DNA of 64,000 nucleotides from Escherichia coli (GTDB lineage Bacteria; Pseudomonadota; Gammaproteobacteria; Enterobacterales; Enterobacteriaceae): NCBI RefSeq assembly GCF_044324785.1, contig NZ_CP172127.1; one strand, 5' to 3'. Shown piece by piece: positions 55,736 to 64,000 of this stretch (position 1 is its first letter; each line of letters starts with the position of its first letter). The notes under the pieces were generated by a model. It saw only the letters and a program-made list of their open reading frames with translations, ran no database searches and was not told where the DNA came from. The position numbers and the translations under genes were made by a program.

Positions 55736-58105
55736 TTAAATAAACATAAGAATAAACATCAGAAGTTCTTCGTATCTGATACCATACTGATAGCCAGCAG
55801 GTTTAATAATAACCTGCCTTCCTGTGTAATATTCCTCGTCGTACCACTCTCCTGTTTCATTGTTTTTAACACTCCTAATCAATACCTCTGGAGCATAAAT
55901 ATCATCCCATTCATCATAACACCAGAACGCATAGTTATTAGGGTCAAGACCGTATTTTCTGAGAATATTACCTACAGTTTGTGCACCAACGCCGAAATGA
56001 ATCCGAGCGCCATCACTCTTGATCTTTACTGCATCTTTAAATTTAAACCTCCAGATATTTTCCTTTATTTCAAGCGCAGCAAGACGCTCTGATTCTGTTG
56101 TTTTCTCGTCAGCCTCAATACGCAATTTCAGCTCTTCATTCGACGTGTTGATACTGCCAGTACCAGCGTATACCTGTGACCATCGAAATGCTGATGTTCC
56201 GTTTGAGTTAACATTATCAACAGTTGGTTTTATAAGGCCAGAAAAATGAGTTTCAGGTGTATTAATATATGTATATGCACCTGCTGTACTACGAGTCCTT
56301 AACTCAAAGCTGTCTATATCAACACCAGTCCTACGAATTATAAGGAAGTTATTTCCTGCGGAACCAGTATCGGTTTGAGTGCTAACAGACAATCCGTTTC
56401 GTGTATCAATACGTATATTCTTCCCGTTCTCCAGCGAAGCAGAATTATGTAGATACAGCGAGTTGTCAGTGTAGAGATTGTGTTTACCTACATTGCTAAA
56501 TGTATAAGTATTGCTTGTGTTATCACTGTTCCTATGGAATTGCTGAAGAGTGTAGGCAGAAGATGCTCCGTATCCATCACAATGGAAATTTCTGCACAGC
56601 TGCAAATCGAATAACAATACGGTGTCAGCATTAATGCTCACATTATTAAAGCATGTTGCAAAGTTGGCACCATACTGTGAATTGGAATCGCCAATCTGTG
56701 CGCACACATCAAGCAAACCAAAAGTTACATTGGTAAAGTTATTTGCATCACCGGCGTCAAGAACAATCCCTTTCTTAGTCCCTGAATACCCTCTGGCAGT
56801 GCCGATCTCAACTCCCTGGAATGAACACACGCGAGCACGACTAAGCTTAAGACCAACCCATTCCAGACCATGATCGTAACCTTTTGCTGCGCGGTGAATA
56901 AACATACCATTCATGATGAGAAGGAATCTGTTATCAAGCCGTACTGGTTCAAGTTGGGCATTAATACCAACATTTGTGCATATACATTCACCATAAGCAT
57001 AACGATTCGTTTCAAATATACGATCATCAGCGTCGTAAATGCCTCGTAATGCCTTGGCGGCATCAATATTAAGCAATGTAAAATATGTCTTCTGCTTAAT
57101 TTCAAAAAAATTTGCAACATTATGCGTTGTGATATCACTCACACGCATTGATAAAATCCCCTCTTCTGGAGCGGTGCGAATGAATCCATCAAGGAACTGT
57201 TCATTATAACTTTTGGCTATCTGATAACATCCAACAGCATCAATGCGTTCGATTGTGAACTGCCAACTATCACCACAGTTAAAAGACCATCTCCAGCCGT
57301 ATTTCTGAGCGAATTCATCATATTCAACATTTGCAGGTTCAGAACAGAAAGATAAAAATCTAAATGTTGGTTTTGGCCTTAGATGGTTAATCCCGGAACC
57401 TCTTGGGGTATATATGGCATTATCTCCATTCCCACCTTTTGTTTTAACTGTAAGGTGACTTAAACCAAATTCAATATCATATTTAGTTGGTGCGGCGAAA
57501 ACAAAGCCGTCTTTTGGTGATGTGGTATTGTCAAACACAATAACCGTTTCACCCTGCCCATCACCGCACATATTTACTGGTGGTATATTAACGGGGCCAG
57601 TCAAACTATATGTTCCAGTTGGCACATATAGTTTTCCACCCTCTCCAATAGCATTTGCCGCTGCAATAAATGCCGCCGTATCATCGTTAACACCGTCACC
57701 TTTCGCCCCATAATGCTGTGGCGTAATTAACAGCATACGGTCAGAAAAAATCTCTGTCCTAAGTTGATCAGGATCGTATTTTAATACATTTGGAAAATAA
57801 AACTGCTGAGTGCCATATGCATCATATACAGCCATAGAATGGCCTTGCACGGTAACGAATTTGGCAATCTGTCCGTTATATACCGGATAACCAGCAGCGT
57901 TAATAATGATTGGTTGAGAAACAGGAACGTGAGAACCGTCTTCGTTCTCTACATAAACCGGAATCTGGTTTTCAGGATTTACCGGGTCAGTGTCAATTTT
58001 ACCGATATAAATTTTTCCATTAGCATTTGCTTTAAACGAGCGAGCTAAAGTGAATAACTGACTTGGTTGTGAAACAACAACATTGGCATTTATTGAATCT
58101 GTCAT
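55736..58105 (-). CDS. Phage tailspike with P22-like head-binding N-terminus, beta-helix receptor-binding/depolymerase domain and C-terminal S74 chaperone domain
   Basis: The first ~110 aa ([98 protein letters not shown]) are close to P22 gp9. The C-terminal ~130 aa match the peptidase S74 auto-chaperone domain. Confidence 0.85.
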   Translation of the reverse strand: MTDSINANVVVSQPSQLFTLARSFKANANGKIYIGKIDTDPVNPENQIPVYVENEDGSHVPVSQPIIINAAGYPVYNGQIAKFVTVQGHSMAVYDAYGTQQFYFPNVLKYDPDQLRTEIFSDRMLLITPQHYGAKGDGVNDDTAAFIAAANAIGEGGKLYVPTGTYSLTGPVNIPPVNMCGDGQGETVIVFDNTTSPKDGFVFAAPTKYDIEFGLSHLTVKTKGGNGDNAIYTPRGSGINHLRPKPTFRFLSFCSEPANVEYDEFAQKYGWRWSFNCGDSWQFTIERIDAVGCYQIAKSYNEQFLDGFIRTAPEEGILSMRVSDITTHNVANFFEIKQKTYFTLLNIDAAKALRGIYDADDRIFETNRYAYGECICTNVGINAQLEPVRLDNRFLLIMNGMFIHRAAKGYDHGLEWVGLKLSRARVCSFQGVEIGTARGYSGTKKGIVLDAGDANNFTNVTFGLLDVCAQIGDSNSQYGANFATCFNNVSINADTVLLFDLQLCRNFHCDGYGASSAYTLQQFHRNSDNTSNTYTFSNVGKHNLYTDNSLYLHNSASLENGKNIRIDTRNGLSVSTQTDTGSAGNNFLIIRRTGVDIDSFELRTRSTAGAYTYINTPETHFSGLIKPTVDNVNSNGTSAFRWSQVYAGTGSINTSNEELKLRIEADEKTTESERLAALEIKENIWRFKFKDAVKIKSDGARIHFGVGAQTVGNILRKYGLDPNNYAFWCYDEWDDIYAPEVLIRSVKNNETGEWYDEEYYTGRQVIIKPAGYQYGIRYEELLMFILMFI

Positions 58106-58162
58106 TTAATTTACTCCAGATACAAGGAATCGCCGCAGCATGGCTACGGTGAATTTTGGGCA

Positions 58163-58187
58163 TAAAAAACCCAGCCGAAGCTGGGTC
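58163..58187 (-). terminator. Rho-independent terminator between ant and the tailspike gene (T_ant equivalent)
   Basis: On the minus strand: acccagcttcggctgggtttttt. Confidence 0.6.
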
Positions 58188-58204
58188 GTTGCGTTGGTTA
58201 TCTG

Positions 58205-59083
58205 TCAGTAGTTATGTACTGAAGGAGGTAATTCTTTATTCTTAAGTCTCATCCATGCGGAAATATTCGTTGGTCCGTCTGGCTCATTAATATCAACATC
58301 TCGTGTGTGATTGATTAAAACGTCTCTCGCCATTCCGATAACATACGAGAATTCATGACCGTAGTCGTAGCATCTGCCGGAATAGTTCGATTGAATTTGT
58401 TTCAGCGCCGGATACAGTTCGCGGAATAATGCCTGTGAGCGGTTGGCATAATCCCATAACCATACAAGGCTGTTTGCTTCTTTTGCAGAAAGCTCGTTGG
58501 TTTTCTTCTCTTGTTTGCCAATGAACTCACCTTCAAGCACTACCCTGTGGATGTACTCTACGGCCAGCGGGATTTGTTCAATTGAAAGTTCATCAATGCT
58601 GTCAATACCAAAACGCTGATGAACCATATTGTATGCATCGTCATAGCGAAGTCCTTTCTTTCCTACCAGCATGTTTACTGCATCGCGTAGCGGTGTTCTT
58701 TCCTCAACAGTGGTTTTCTTTCCTTTTACATACTCGCCATGTTTGCGAATTGAAGGCAGAACTTCTGCTGTTACCCACTTGCGGAATTTGTGCGGGACTG
58801 AACCTTTATTGACTGCATCGCGGCAGCGCAGAACCAATGTATACATACCTGATTCGCTCACAATGCTTAGATTCTGCTCACCACCAAGGGTGTAACTTAA
58901 AGTTACTCCCTTTTCATCGTCATCAAGTGCAGTAAGCGCCTTGCGTGAGTTAGTCAAATCTAAAGCATCACAAACATCTTTAGCTACAAACCACGGCTCA
59001 CCGCACTTGTTGATGACGCGGATTTCACTGTCGCCGAATTTGAAGATGGTGAAATCGTTTTGTGCCTTTGCTATACTTTTCAT
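58205..59083 (-). CDS. ant: Phage antirepressor with Bro-N domain
   Basis: N-terminal Bro-N domain ([28 protein letters not shown]). Lies downstream of arc as in the P22 immI region. Confidence 0.8.
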   Translation of the reverse strand: MKSIAKAQNDFTIFKFGDSEIRVINKCGEPWFVAKDVCDALDLTNSRKALTALDDDEKGVTLSYTLGGEQNLSIVSESGMYTLVLRCRDAVNKGSVPHKFRKWVTAEVLPSIRKHGEYVKGKKTTVEERTPLRDAVNMLVGKKGLRYDDAYNMVHQRFGIDSIDELSIEQIPLAVEYIHRVVLEGEFIGKQEKKTNELSAKEANSLVWLWDYANRSQALFRELYPALKQIQSNYSGRCYDYGHEFSYVIGMARDVLINHTRDVDINEPDGPTNISAWMRLKNKELPPSVHNY

Positions 59084-59150
59084 GTCAATATTTCCTAATC
59101 CGATTTGTTGATGCCGAAGCCCTGACTGTTACAGCAGTTGGGGCTTCAAC
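59070..59150 (+). ncRNA. Candidate sar-like antisense RNA overlapping the ant ribosome-binding site
   Basis: By analogy with P22 immI. Opposite-strand hairpin at 59116-59147 in the arc-ant gap. Promoter not identified. Confidence 0.3.
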
Positions 59151-59151
59151 T

Positions 59152-59313
59152 TTACGCACCAATGCGCCCTTCCTTCTTAAAGCTTTCCATTACTCGCTGA
59201 TAAATCTCAGAATTAACAGACCGACCATTTTCTTCCGCCACCTTGCGTACCAAATCCAATACTTCTTTAGGCCACCGCAAATTGAACTGTGGCATTTTGC
59301 TCATTCCTTTCAT
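59152..59313 (-). CDS. arc: Arc repressor (ribbon-helix-helix)
   Basis: MKGMSKMPQFNLRWPKEVLDLVRKVAEENGRSVNSEIYQRVMESFKKEGRIGA is essentially identical to P22 Arc (53 aa). Confidence 0.9.
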   Translation of the reverse strand: MKGMSKMPQFNLRWPKEVLDLVRKVAEENGRSVNSEIYQRVMESFKKEGRIGA

Positions 59314-59327
59314 GTTCACCTCACAAT

Positions 59328-59376
59328 ATAGGTCCACGGTGGACCTATTGAGAATATAGTAGAGTGCTTCTATCAT
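59328..59376. promoter_or_regulatory. O_mnt (ataGGTCCACGGTGGACCtat) and O_arc (ATAGTAGAGTGCTTCTATCAT) operators in the divergent arc/mnt promoter region
   Basis: Near-perfect copies of the P22 Mnt and Arc operators between the arc and mnt starts. Confidence 0.85.
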
Positions 59377-59403
59377 GTCAATACACTAACTTGGAGTGAT
59401 GGC

Positions 59404-59658
59404 ATGGCTAGAGATGATCCGCACTTTAACTTCCGTATGCCTTTGGAAGTAAGAGAAAAATTGAAATTAAGAGCCGAGGCTAACGGAAGGTCAATGAACT
59501 CTGAGTTATTACAAATCGTTCAGGATGCACTATCAAAACCATCACCGATTACAGGATATCGCGACGAAGCTGAACGCTTGGCTGATCAGCAGGCTGAGCA
59601 GTTCAAGGCTATAGTGTTTGAGACACTTAAAAAGATTTATGAAAAGGATTTGAAATGA
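59404..59658 (+). CDS. mnt: Mnt repressor
   Basis: MARDDPHFNFRMPLEVREKLKLRAEANGRSMNSELLQIVQDAL matches P22 Mnt. Confidence 0.9.
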   Translation: MARDDPHFNFRMPLEVREKLKLRAEANGRSMNSELLQIVQDALSKPSPITGYRDEAERLADQQAEQFKAIVFETLKKIYEKDLK

Positions 59659-59709
59659 GATTTCTATCACTGTTCTTGTTAGCAGTTGTCTCTTCTTCCA
59701 GTGCTGAGC

Positions 59710-60766
59710 GGCTTTGTTGAATAAATCGAACTTTTGCTGAGTTGAAGGATCAGATCACGTATCTTCCCGACAACGCAGACCGTTCCGTGGCAAAGCAAAA
59801 GTTCAAAATCACCAACTGGCCCACCTACAATAAAGCCCTCATCAACCGTGGCTCCATAACTTTCTGGCTGGATGATGAAGCTATTCAGGCCTGGTATGAG
59901 TCAGCAACACCTTCTTCACGAGGCAGACCTCAGCGCTATTCTGACCTTGCCATCACTACTGTGCTGGTCATTAAACGCGTATTCAGGCTGACCCTGCGGG
60001 CTGCGCAGGGCTTTATTGATTCCATTTTTTCTCTGATGAACGTTCCGCTACGCTGCCCGGATTACAGCTGTGTCAGCAGGCGGGCAAAGTCGGTTAATGT
60101 CAGTTTCAAAACGCCCACCCGGGGTGAAATCGCACACCTGGTAATTGATTCCACCGGGCTGAAGGTCTTCGGTGAAGGCGAGTGGAAAGTCAAAAAGCAT
60201 GGCCAGGAACGCCGCCGTATCTGGCGTAAGCTGCATCTCGCCGTTGACAGTAAAACACATGAAATCATCTGCGCTGACCTGTCGCTGAACAACGTTACGG
60301 ACTCAGAGGCCTTCCCCGGGTTAATCCGGCAAACCCACCGGAAAATCAGGTCAGCCGCCGCCGATGGCGCTTACGATACCCGGCTATGTCACGATGAACT
60401 GCGGCGTAAGAAAATCAGCGCGCTTATCCCTCCCCGAAAAGGTGCGGGTTACTGGCCCGGTGAATATGCAGACCGTAACCGTGCAGTGGCTAATCAGCGA
60501 ATGACCGGGAGTAATGCGCGGTGGAAATGGACAACAGATTACAACCGTCGCTCGATAGCGGAAACGGCGATGTACCGGGTAAAACAGCTGTTCGGGGGTT
60601 CACTGACGCTGCGTGACTACGATGGTCAGGTTGCGGAGGCTATGGCCCTGGTACGAGCGCTGAACAAAATGACGAAAGCAGGTATGCCTGAAAGCGTGCG
60701 TATTGCCTGAAAACACAACCCGCTACGGGGGAGACTTACCCGAAATCTGATTTATTCAACAAAGCC
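59710..60766 (+). mobile_element. IS903 (IS5 family, IS903 group), 1057 bp, complete
   Basis: 18-bp terminal inverted repeats GGCTTTGTTGAATAAATC at both ends. Perfect 9-bp direct repeats GTGCTGAGC at 59701-59709 and 60767-60775. Confidence 0.9.
59742..60710 (+). CDS. IS903 transposase
   Basis: ...KITNWPTYNKALINRGSITFWLDDEAIQAW... with a DDE motif region, near-identical to the IS903/IS102 transposase. Confidence 0.85.
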   Translation: MKDQITYLPDNADRSVAKQKFKITNWPTYNKALINRGSITFWLDDEAIQAWYESATPSSRGRPQRYSDLAITTVLVIKRVFRLTLRAAQGFIDSIFSLMNVPLRCPDYSCVSRRAKSVNVSFKTPTRGEIAHLVIDSTGLKVFGEGEWKVKKHGQERRRIWRKLHLAVDSKTHEIICADLSLNNVTDSEAFPGLIRQTHRKIRSAAADGAYDTRLCHDELRRKKISALIPPRKGAGYWPGEYADRNRAVANQRMTGSNARWKWTTDYNRRSIAETAMYRVKQLFGGSLTLRDYDGQVAEAMALVRALNKMTKAGMPESVRIA

Positions 60767-61071
60767 GTGCTGAGCTGCGCGAGCTTCAAACGGGTAATGA
60801 CCTTCTTTACAACATTCAACAAGGTAAAAAGGGTGATGATTTTTCATCGCTTTACATTACTGGATATTTGCGCGGAGTAACTGACTCATTGATACTAATT
60901 GGTTCTCTATGTCCTCCTGATGGCGTTGACATGTATCAATACACCGATATCGTTGAGAAATCTCTAAACAAAAACCCAGAATCAAGAAATGAGAGTGCAG
61001 TTATACTAACCGCCCTAGCAGTAGGAAAAACATTTCCGTGCAAAAAGAATCAATAACAATAAGGGCTTAAA

Positions 61072-61461
61072 ATGAAATTGATTATAGCAATGGCTTTCCT
61101 TGTCTTCTCGTTTTCTGTCTCAGCAGAGTGCTGGGTCGTTGGAGATATGCACGGAATAAGCTATTCAGAACGAAATAATTTTCAACCGGAAGAAGATGGT
61201 TTTAGTGGAACATTCATCATTAAGACAAACGGTGAAGATGCCAGTATCACATATTCTGGGACGGATGCGGGCGGCATGGCTTACAAAGCATTGTCTAAAA
61301 ACTCCATCCTAGGAATTGGCGCGAATGGAGAAACTCAACGCGTTATAGACTCATGGGTAATACATCCTACTGGAACAGTTTTAATGTCAAAAACCATTTC
61401 CGGTTATGGAAATATGGATTCAACCAAAGCTTTTGTTGGAAAAGTAAAAAGAAAATGTTAA
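61072..61461 (+). CDS. Secreted 129-aa protein, unknown; possibly MliC/PliC-like
   Basis: Signal peptide MKLIIAMAFLVFSFSVSA. Motifs YSGTDAGGMAY and SGYGNMD. Confidence 0.45.
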   Translation: MKLIIAMAFLVFSFSVSAECWVVGDMHGISYSERNNFQPEEDGFSGTFIIKTNGEDASITYSGTDAGGMAYKALSKNSILGIGANGETQRVIDSWVIHPTGTVLMSKTISGYGNMDSTKAFVGKVKRKC

Positions 61462-61482
61462 CGATAGGATTATGGCCCTACA

Positions 61483-61677
61483 TCAACAGCTTCCGCGTCC
61501 CTGAGTAATTCTGTTGCGGATTTGCTTCTTGCGGTGGTTTAAGCTGGAGAGCTTGGCTTCTGCTTCTGATATTTGCGCATCAAGATCTTTAAGCTCAAGA
61601 TCTGAAAGTCGCTGGTCAAGCAGGGTTTGGTTCAACTCAATATTGTTCAGACGTTCTTCTATGGTCATAACTTTCAT
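61483..61677 (-). CDS. 64-aa coiled-coil protein, unknown
   Basis: MKVMTIEERLNNIELNQTLLDQRLSDLELKDLDAQISEAEAKL has heptad-like periodicity. The longer listed ORF has an implausible N-terminal extension. Confidence 0.35.
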   Translation of the reverse strand: MKVMTIEERLNNIELNQTLLDQRLSDLELKDLDAQISEAEAKLSSLNHRKKQIRNRITQGRGSC

Positions 61678-61699
61678 CCTATAACTATTTGGAATCAAA

Positions 61700-61882
61700 A
61701 TGAAAAATATATTAATTGGTTTCGTTTTTGGTGCAGCCTGCGCTGCCAGCATTAGCGTTATCGCCGCCCAGATTGTTGGTGGTAACTCATATCTAATGGG
61801 CTATGACGTCATGATAGATGGAGAGGTTGTTTGCTCAGACCCTTATGTATGGACGTCGACAAAAGAAATAGAATGTGACTAA
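61700..61882 (+). CDS. 60-aa secreted or membrane-anchored small protein, 2 Cys
   Basis: Signal peptide [24 protein letters not shown]. Divergent from the coiled-coil ORF. Confidence 0.3.
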   Translation: MKNILIGFVFGAACAASISVIAAQIVGGNSYLMGYDVMIDGEVVCSDPYVWTSTKEIECD

Positions 61883-61992
61883 TACCAGCCTGATGGCTGG
61901 TTAATTTTTGCATTTACCTGGGCCATATTGACTACTTATAAAATGAGATCAATATTTAATCGCCCAATAACGGGTGTATGTTGAGGTATATC

Positions 61993-62172
61993 ATGGCGAA
62001 AAAACCAGGTGAAAATACAGGGAAAAACGGCGGAATATACCAGGAAGTTGGTCCACGCGGTGGTAAGAAGGACAATTTTGCCACCGTCAGGGACAACGAA
62101 AGACTTCCGCCAACAACAAAGCCAGGTCATGGCTGGGTATTGGATAAGCGAACTCCAGACAGCAAAAAGTAA
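61993..62172 (+). CDS. YjzC-like small protein (GxYxExGPRGG motif)
   Basis: MAKKPGENTGKNGGIYQEVGPRGGKKDNFATVRDNERLPPTTKPGHGWVL resembles the YjzC family (GVYKEIGPRGG...MPPT...GHW). Confidence 0.45.
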   Translation: MAKKPGENTGKNGGIYQEVGPRGGKKDNFATVRDNERLPPTTKPGHGWVLDKRTPDSKK

Positions 62173-62185
62173 TAATCAAGCCGGG

Positions 62186-62551
62186 TCACTCCGGCTTTTT
62201 GATATGTCGCTCGCAGAACTCAACAAGCCTGCTCATTAAGTAGCAGTAAGTCTCGTTGGCTCTTCCTGGTTCAACATCAACACCTACCCTTGAGCAGATA
62301 TCGAATGCCATGTGAGCGCACTCATGGGCAATAGTAGATAGTTTGCCATTGAACACGCCTATCACATGCAAAACACCATTCTCGCTACTCATTGTATGAG
62401 ACGCTCCGTTGGCGTCCGAGTCATGCACGTCAACGCCAAGTTTTTGATGCAGGCGTTGCCATTCTGGAAAGTCTCTACAAAACACAATGGTACCGCTCTC
62501 AAAGAGCGGTACGAGCATCTTTGGTACGTTTCCAATGTTAACTTTTTTCAT
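62186..62551 (-). CDS. 121-aa putative zinc metallopeptidase-like protein (HExxH)
   Basis: IAHECAHMAFD motif. Lies directly downstream of the ejection-protein gene on the late-operon strand. Confidence 0.45.
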   Translation of the reverse strand: MKKVNIGNVPKMLVPLFESGTIVFCRDFPEWQRLHQKLGVDVHDSDANGASHTMSSENGVLHVIGVFNGKLSTIAHECAHMAFDICSRVGVDVEPGRANETYCYLMSRLVEFCERHIKKPE

Positions 62552-62787
62552 GGTATCCTGCGCAAAACTAAGGAGGTTGGTGTGAAGAAAAAATTTGTAA
62601 ACGTTGCAAAGTGCGCAATTTTTATATTTTTTATGACCTTTTACGGATTTAGTGCCGGAGAAGGTTTCGATCGTGATGCCAATGCATTCAGTTTCTTTTG
62701 TCTGTCTATAGTGGTCATAATTGTATGGGTGGAATTAAAGCAAACATTGTTTCATGTGCTAGGGAAATAACCATCCATGGCATTTAG

Positions 62788-64000
62788 TCACTGCTGTGTT
62801 GCCTCAGTGGCAAGCAGCGGTCTGATGGCATTCGCAGCGTTATTCAGCGCTCTTTCATAGGCTGGTGTTCCAGCTTTAGTGTTTGCCAGACGTAAGAGAG
62901 CATTCCTTGCTGCTTTGGACTCATACAAGCGCATGATTGCACCGAAACCAGCCTCAAGTCCCAGTGATACACCAAGGGTTGCAGTTGCGCCAATCGTTCT
63001 AATCCTGTTAGCTTGCGATTGTCCTGTCTGTGTTACTACATTTGCGGCGTCCGACCTTGCTGTTTGCTGTAGAACTTCATGAAGAGCATCAAGCTCTTTC
63101 ATGTGTCTCCCACTGAATATCGTGTTATAGATCTGACCGTCAGATTGCGACTTCAACTTATTTAACTCGGTAAGAAATTTTGTTGGCGAGTCTCCTGCTT
63201 TTTCTGCAATCTTGCTGATATAAGCAGCACGCATAGCGTTCTTTCCATCTTCACTAAGAGCTGGCCATATCCTCTTAATATCTGATGGTTTTCTGCTGAA
63301 TACAACGCTGTTTATTAGCTCTGGAGTAAACTCTTTTTTAGCTTTGTTGAGATTATTCGCAATCCTTTTATTAAGAACCTTATTGAAGACGTTGGAGTAG
63401 TCAGAGTTTGCTTTGACGTATCTGGCGGCCTCTCCAGCCCCCAAATACCGCGCTGCGTTATTCCTCAAATCCGCCCCCATTGCCCTCTCCACGGCATCAG
63501 TTGCGGCTTTCGCGCTATTAGGAAAAACCATGGCATCTCCCTGAATACTTTCCCTCAAGGCTGACCGCAACTCTCTCAATAGACCAAAATCTATATCTGG
63601 TTTAGCAAGTTCTTCTCGCAAATCGGATAACCCGCGAATCAAATCCTTATTTGCCACTTTCCCAAGCCTATTAGCTCTGGTAAGTACGTTGTCGATAACC
63701 TTAATAGATTTTGATGTGTCAACTGGTGTGTCTCCCATTTTGGCTGTAATGTCTTCAATAACGCTTCCGGCCGAATCCTTCCTTGACTTCAGAGAGCCAT
63801 ACAGATCGTCAACAACAACTGATGGGCTATATTCACCATATTTCTCAAGCTGTTTTTTAACTAGCTGACTTCTTTTTGCATACTGCTCAGCTCGCTTTGA
63901 GCCTGTTCCCAGCAAAGCCCCCTCAGCATCCTGAGTAAGACCACGAGTGAAAGCATTTTTCGGCGGGATTACATCAGATGTCATTGGTGTCACGCCCATC
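62788..64000 (-). CDS. Phage late protein, probably an internal-virion/ejection protein (gp16-position); N-terminus beyond the window
   Basis: ORF of more than 403 aa on the late-operon strand ending upstream of the immI region. Composition resembles ejection proteins. Homology not established. Confidence 0.4.
   Translation of the reverse strand, partial: MGVTPMTSDVIPPKNAFTRGLTQDAEGALLGTGSKRAEQYAKRSQLVKKQLEKYGEYSPSVVVDDLYGSLKSRKDSAGSVIEDITAKMGDTPVDTSKSIKVIDNVLTRANRLGKVANKDLIRGLSDLREELAKPDIDFGLLRELRSALRESIQGDAMVFPNSAKAATDAVERAMGADLRNNAARYLGAGEAARYVKANSDYSNVFNKVLNKRIANNLNKAKKEFTPELINSVVFSRKPSDIKRIWPALSEDGKNAMRAAYISKIAEKAGDSPTKFLTELNKLKSQSDGQIYNTIFSGRHMKELDALHEVLQQTARSDAANVVTQTGQSQANRIRTIGATATLGVSLGLEAGFGAIMRLYESKAARNALLRLANTKAGTPAYERALNNAANAIRPLLATEATQQ

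Larger units (their letters stand above)
59655..61059 (+). pseudogene. Prophage accessory gene for a secreted protein of about 113 aa, split by IS903 after codon 18
   Basis: The ATG overlaps the mnt stop (ATGA) and a signal peptide MRFLSLFLLAVVSSSSA follows. The reading frame is restored exactly across the IS when one 9-bp target duplication is removed (59655-59709 joined to 60776-61059). Confidence 0.6.

Overview
This is an Escherichia coli chromosomal window, not K-12, in reverse orientation relative to K-12 (yahB end, pdeL, betTIBA, ykgH, ykgEFG, rclRABC, ykgA, eaeH, ykgMO, ecpRABCDE, ykgJ, yagU, paoABCD). eaeH/fdeC (1417 aa) and ykgA are intact, with no IS3 insertion. Two paralogous aldo-keto reductases, a LysR gene and an old-yellow-enzyme (OYE) fragment flank eaeH. 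After paoD there is a truncated MocA-like gene remnant, an MFS transporter, a secreted Cys-type hydrolase and a full-length yagP-like LysR gene. An accessory region follows, apparently occupying the thrW-proximal integration hotspot where K-12 carries CP4-6. It holds a degenerate ykgR/ykgO-like duplicate, an AbiEi/AbiEii type IV toxin-antitoxin (abortive infection) pair, and a complete type I restriction-modification locus (hsdR-hsdM-hsdS) in which hsdM has no canonical start. Next come a GC-rich block with iteron-like repeats, an unknown 157-aa ORF, a frameshifted Ner-like remnant and an integrase C-terminal stub abutting a 43-nt 3' fragment of tRNA-Thr (thrW), which acts as an attachment-site copy. 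Immediately beyond that fragment begins the gene-9 end of a P22-like prophage. That end carries a cytoplasmic Vat/XAT-family hexapeptide acetyltransferase in the lysogenic-conversion position, and a chimeric tailspike with a P22-type head-binding N-terminus and a C-terminal S74 chaperone domain. The immI module (ant, arc, mnt) follows with textbook O_mnt/O_arc operators, and then a cluster of small secreted or unknown accessory genes co-oriented with mnt. One of these is split by an IS903 copy with perfect 9-bp target duplications. The start of the late/ejection-protein operon runs off the window end. No CRISPR array and no rRNA gene was seen, and the only tRNA-like sequence is the partial thrW' attachment copy.
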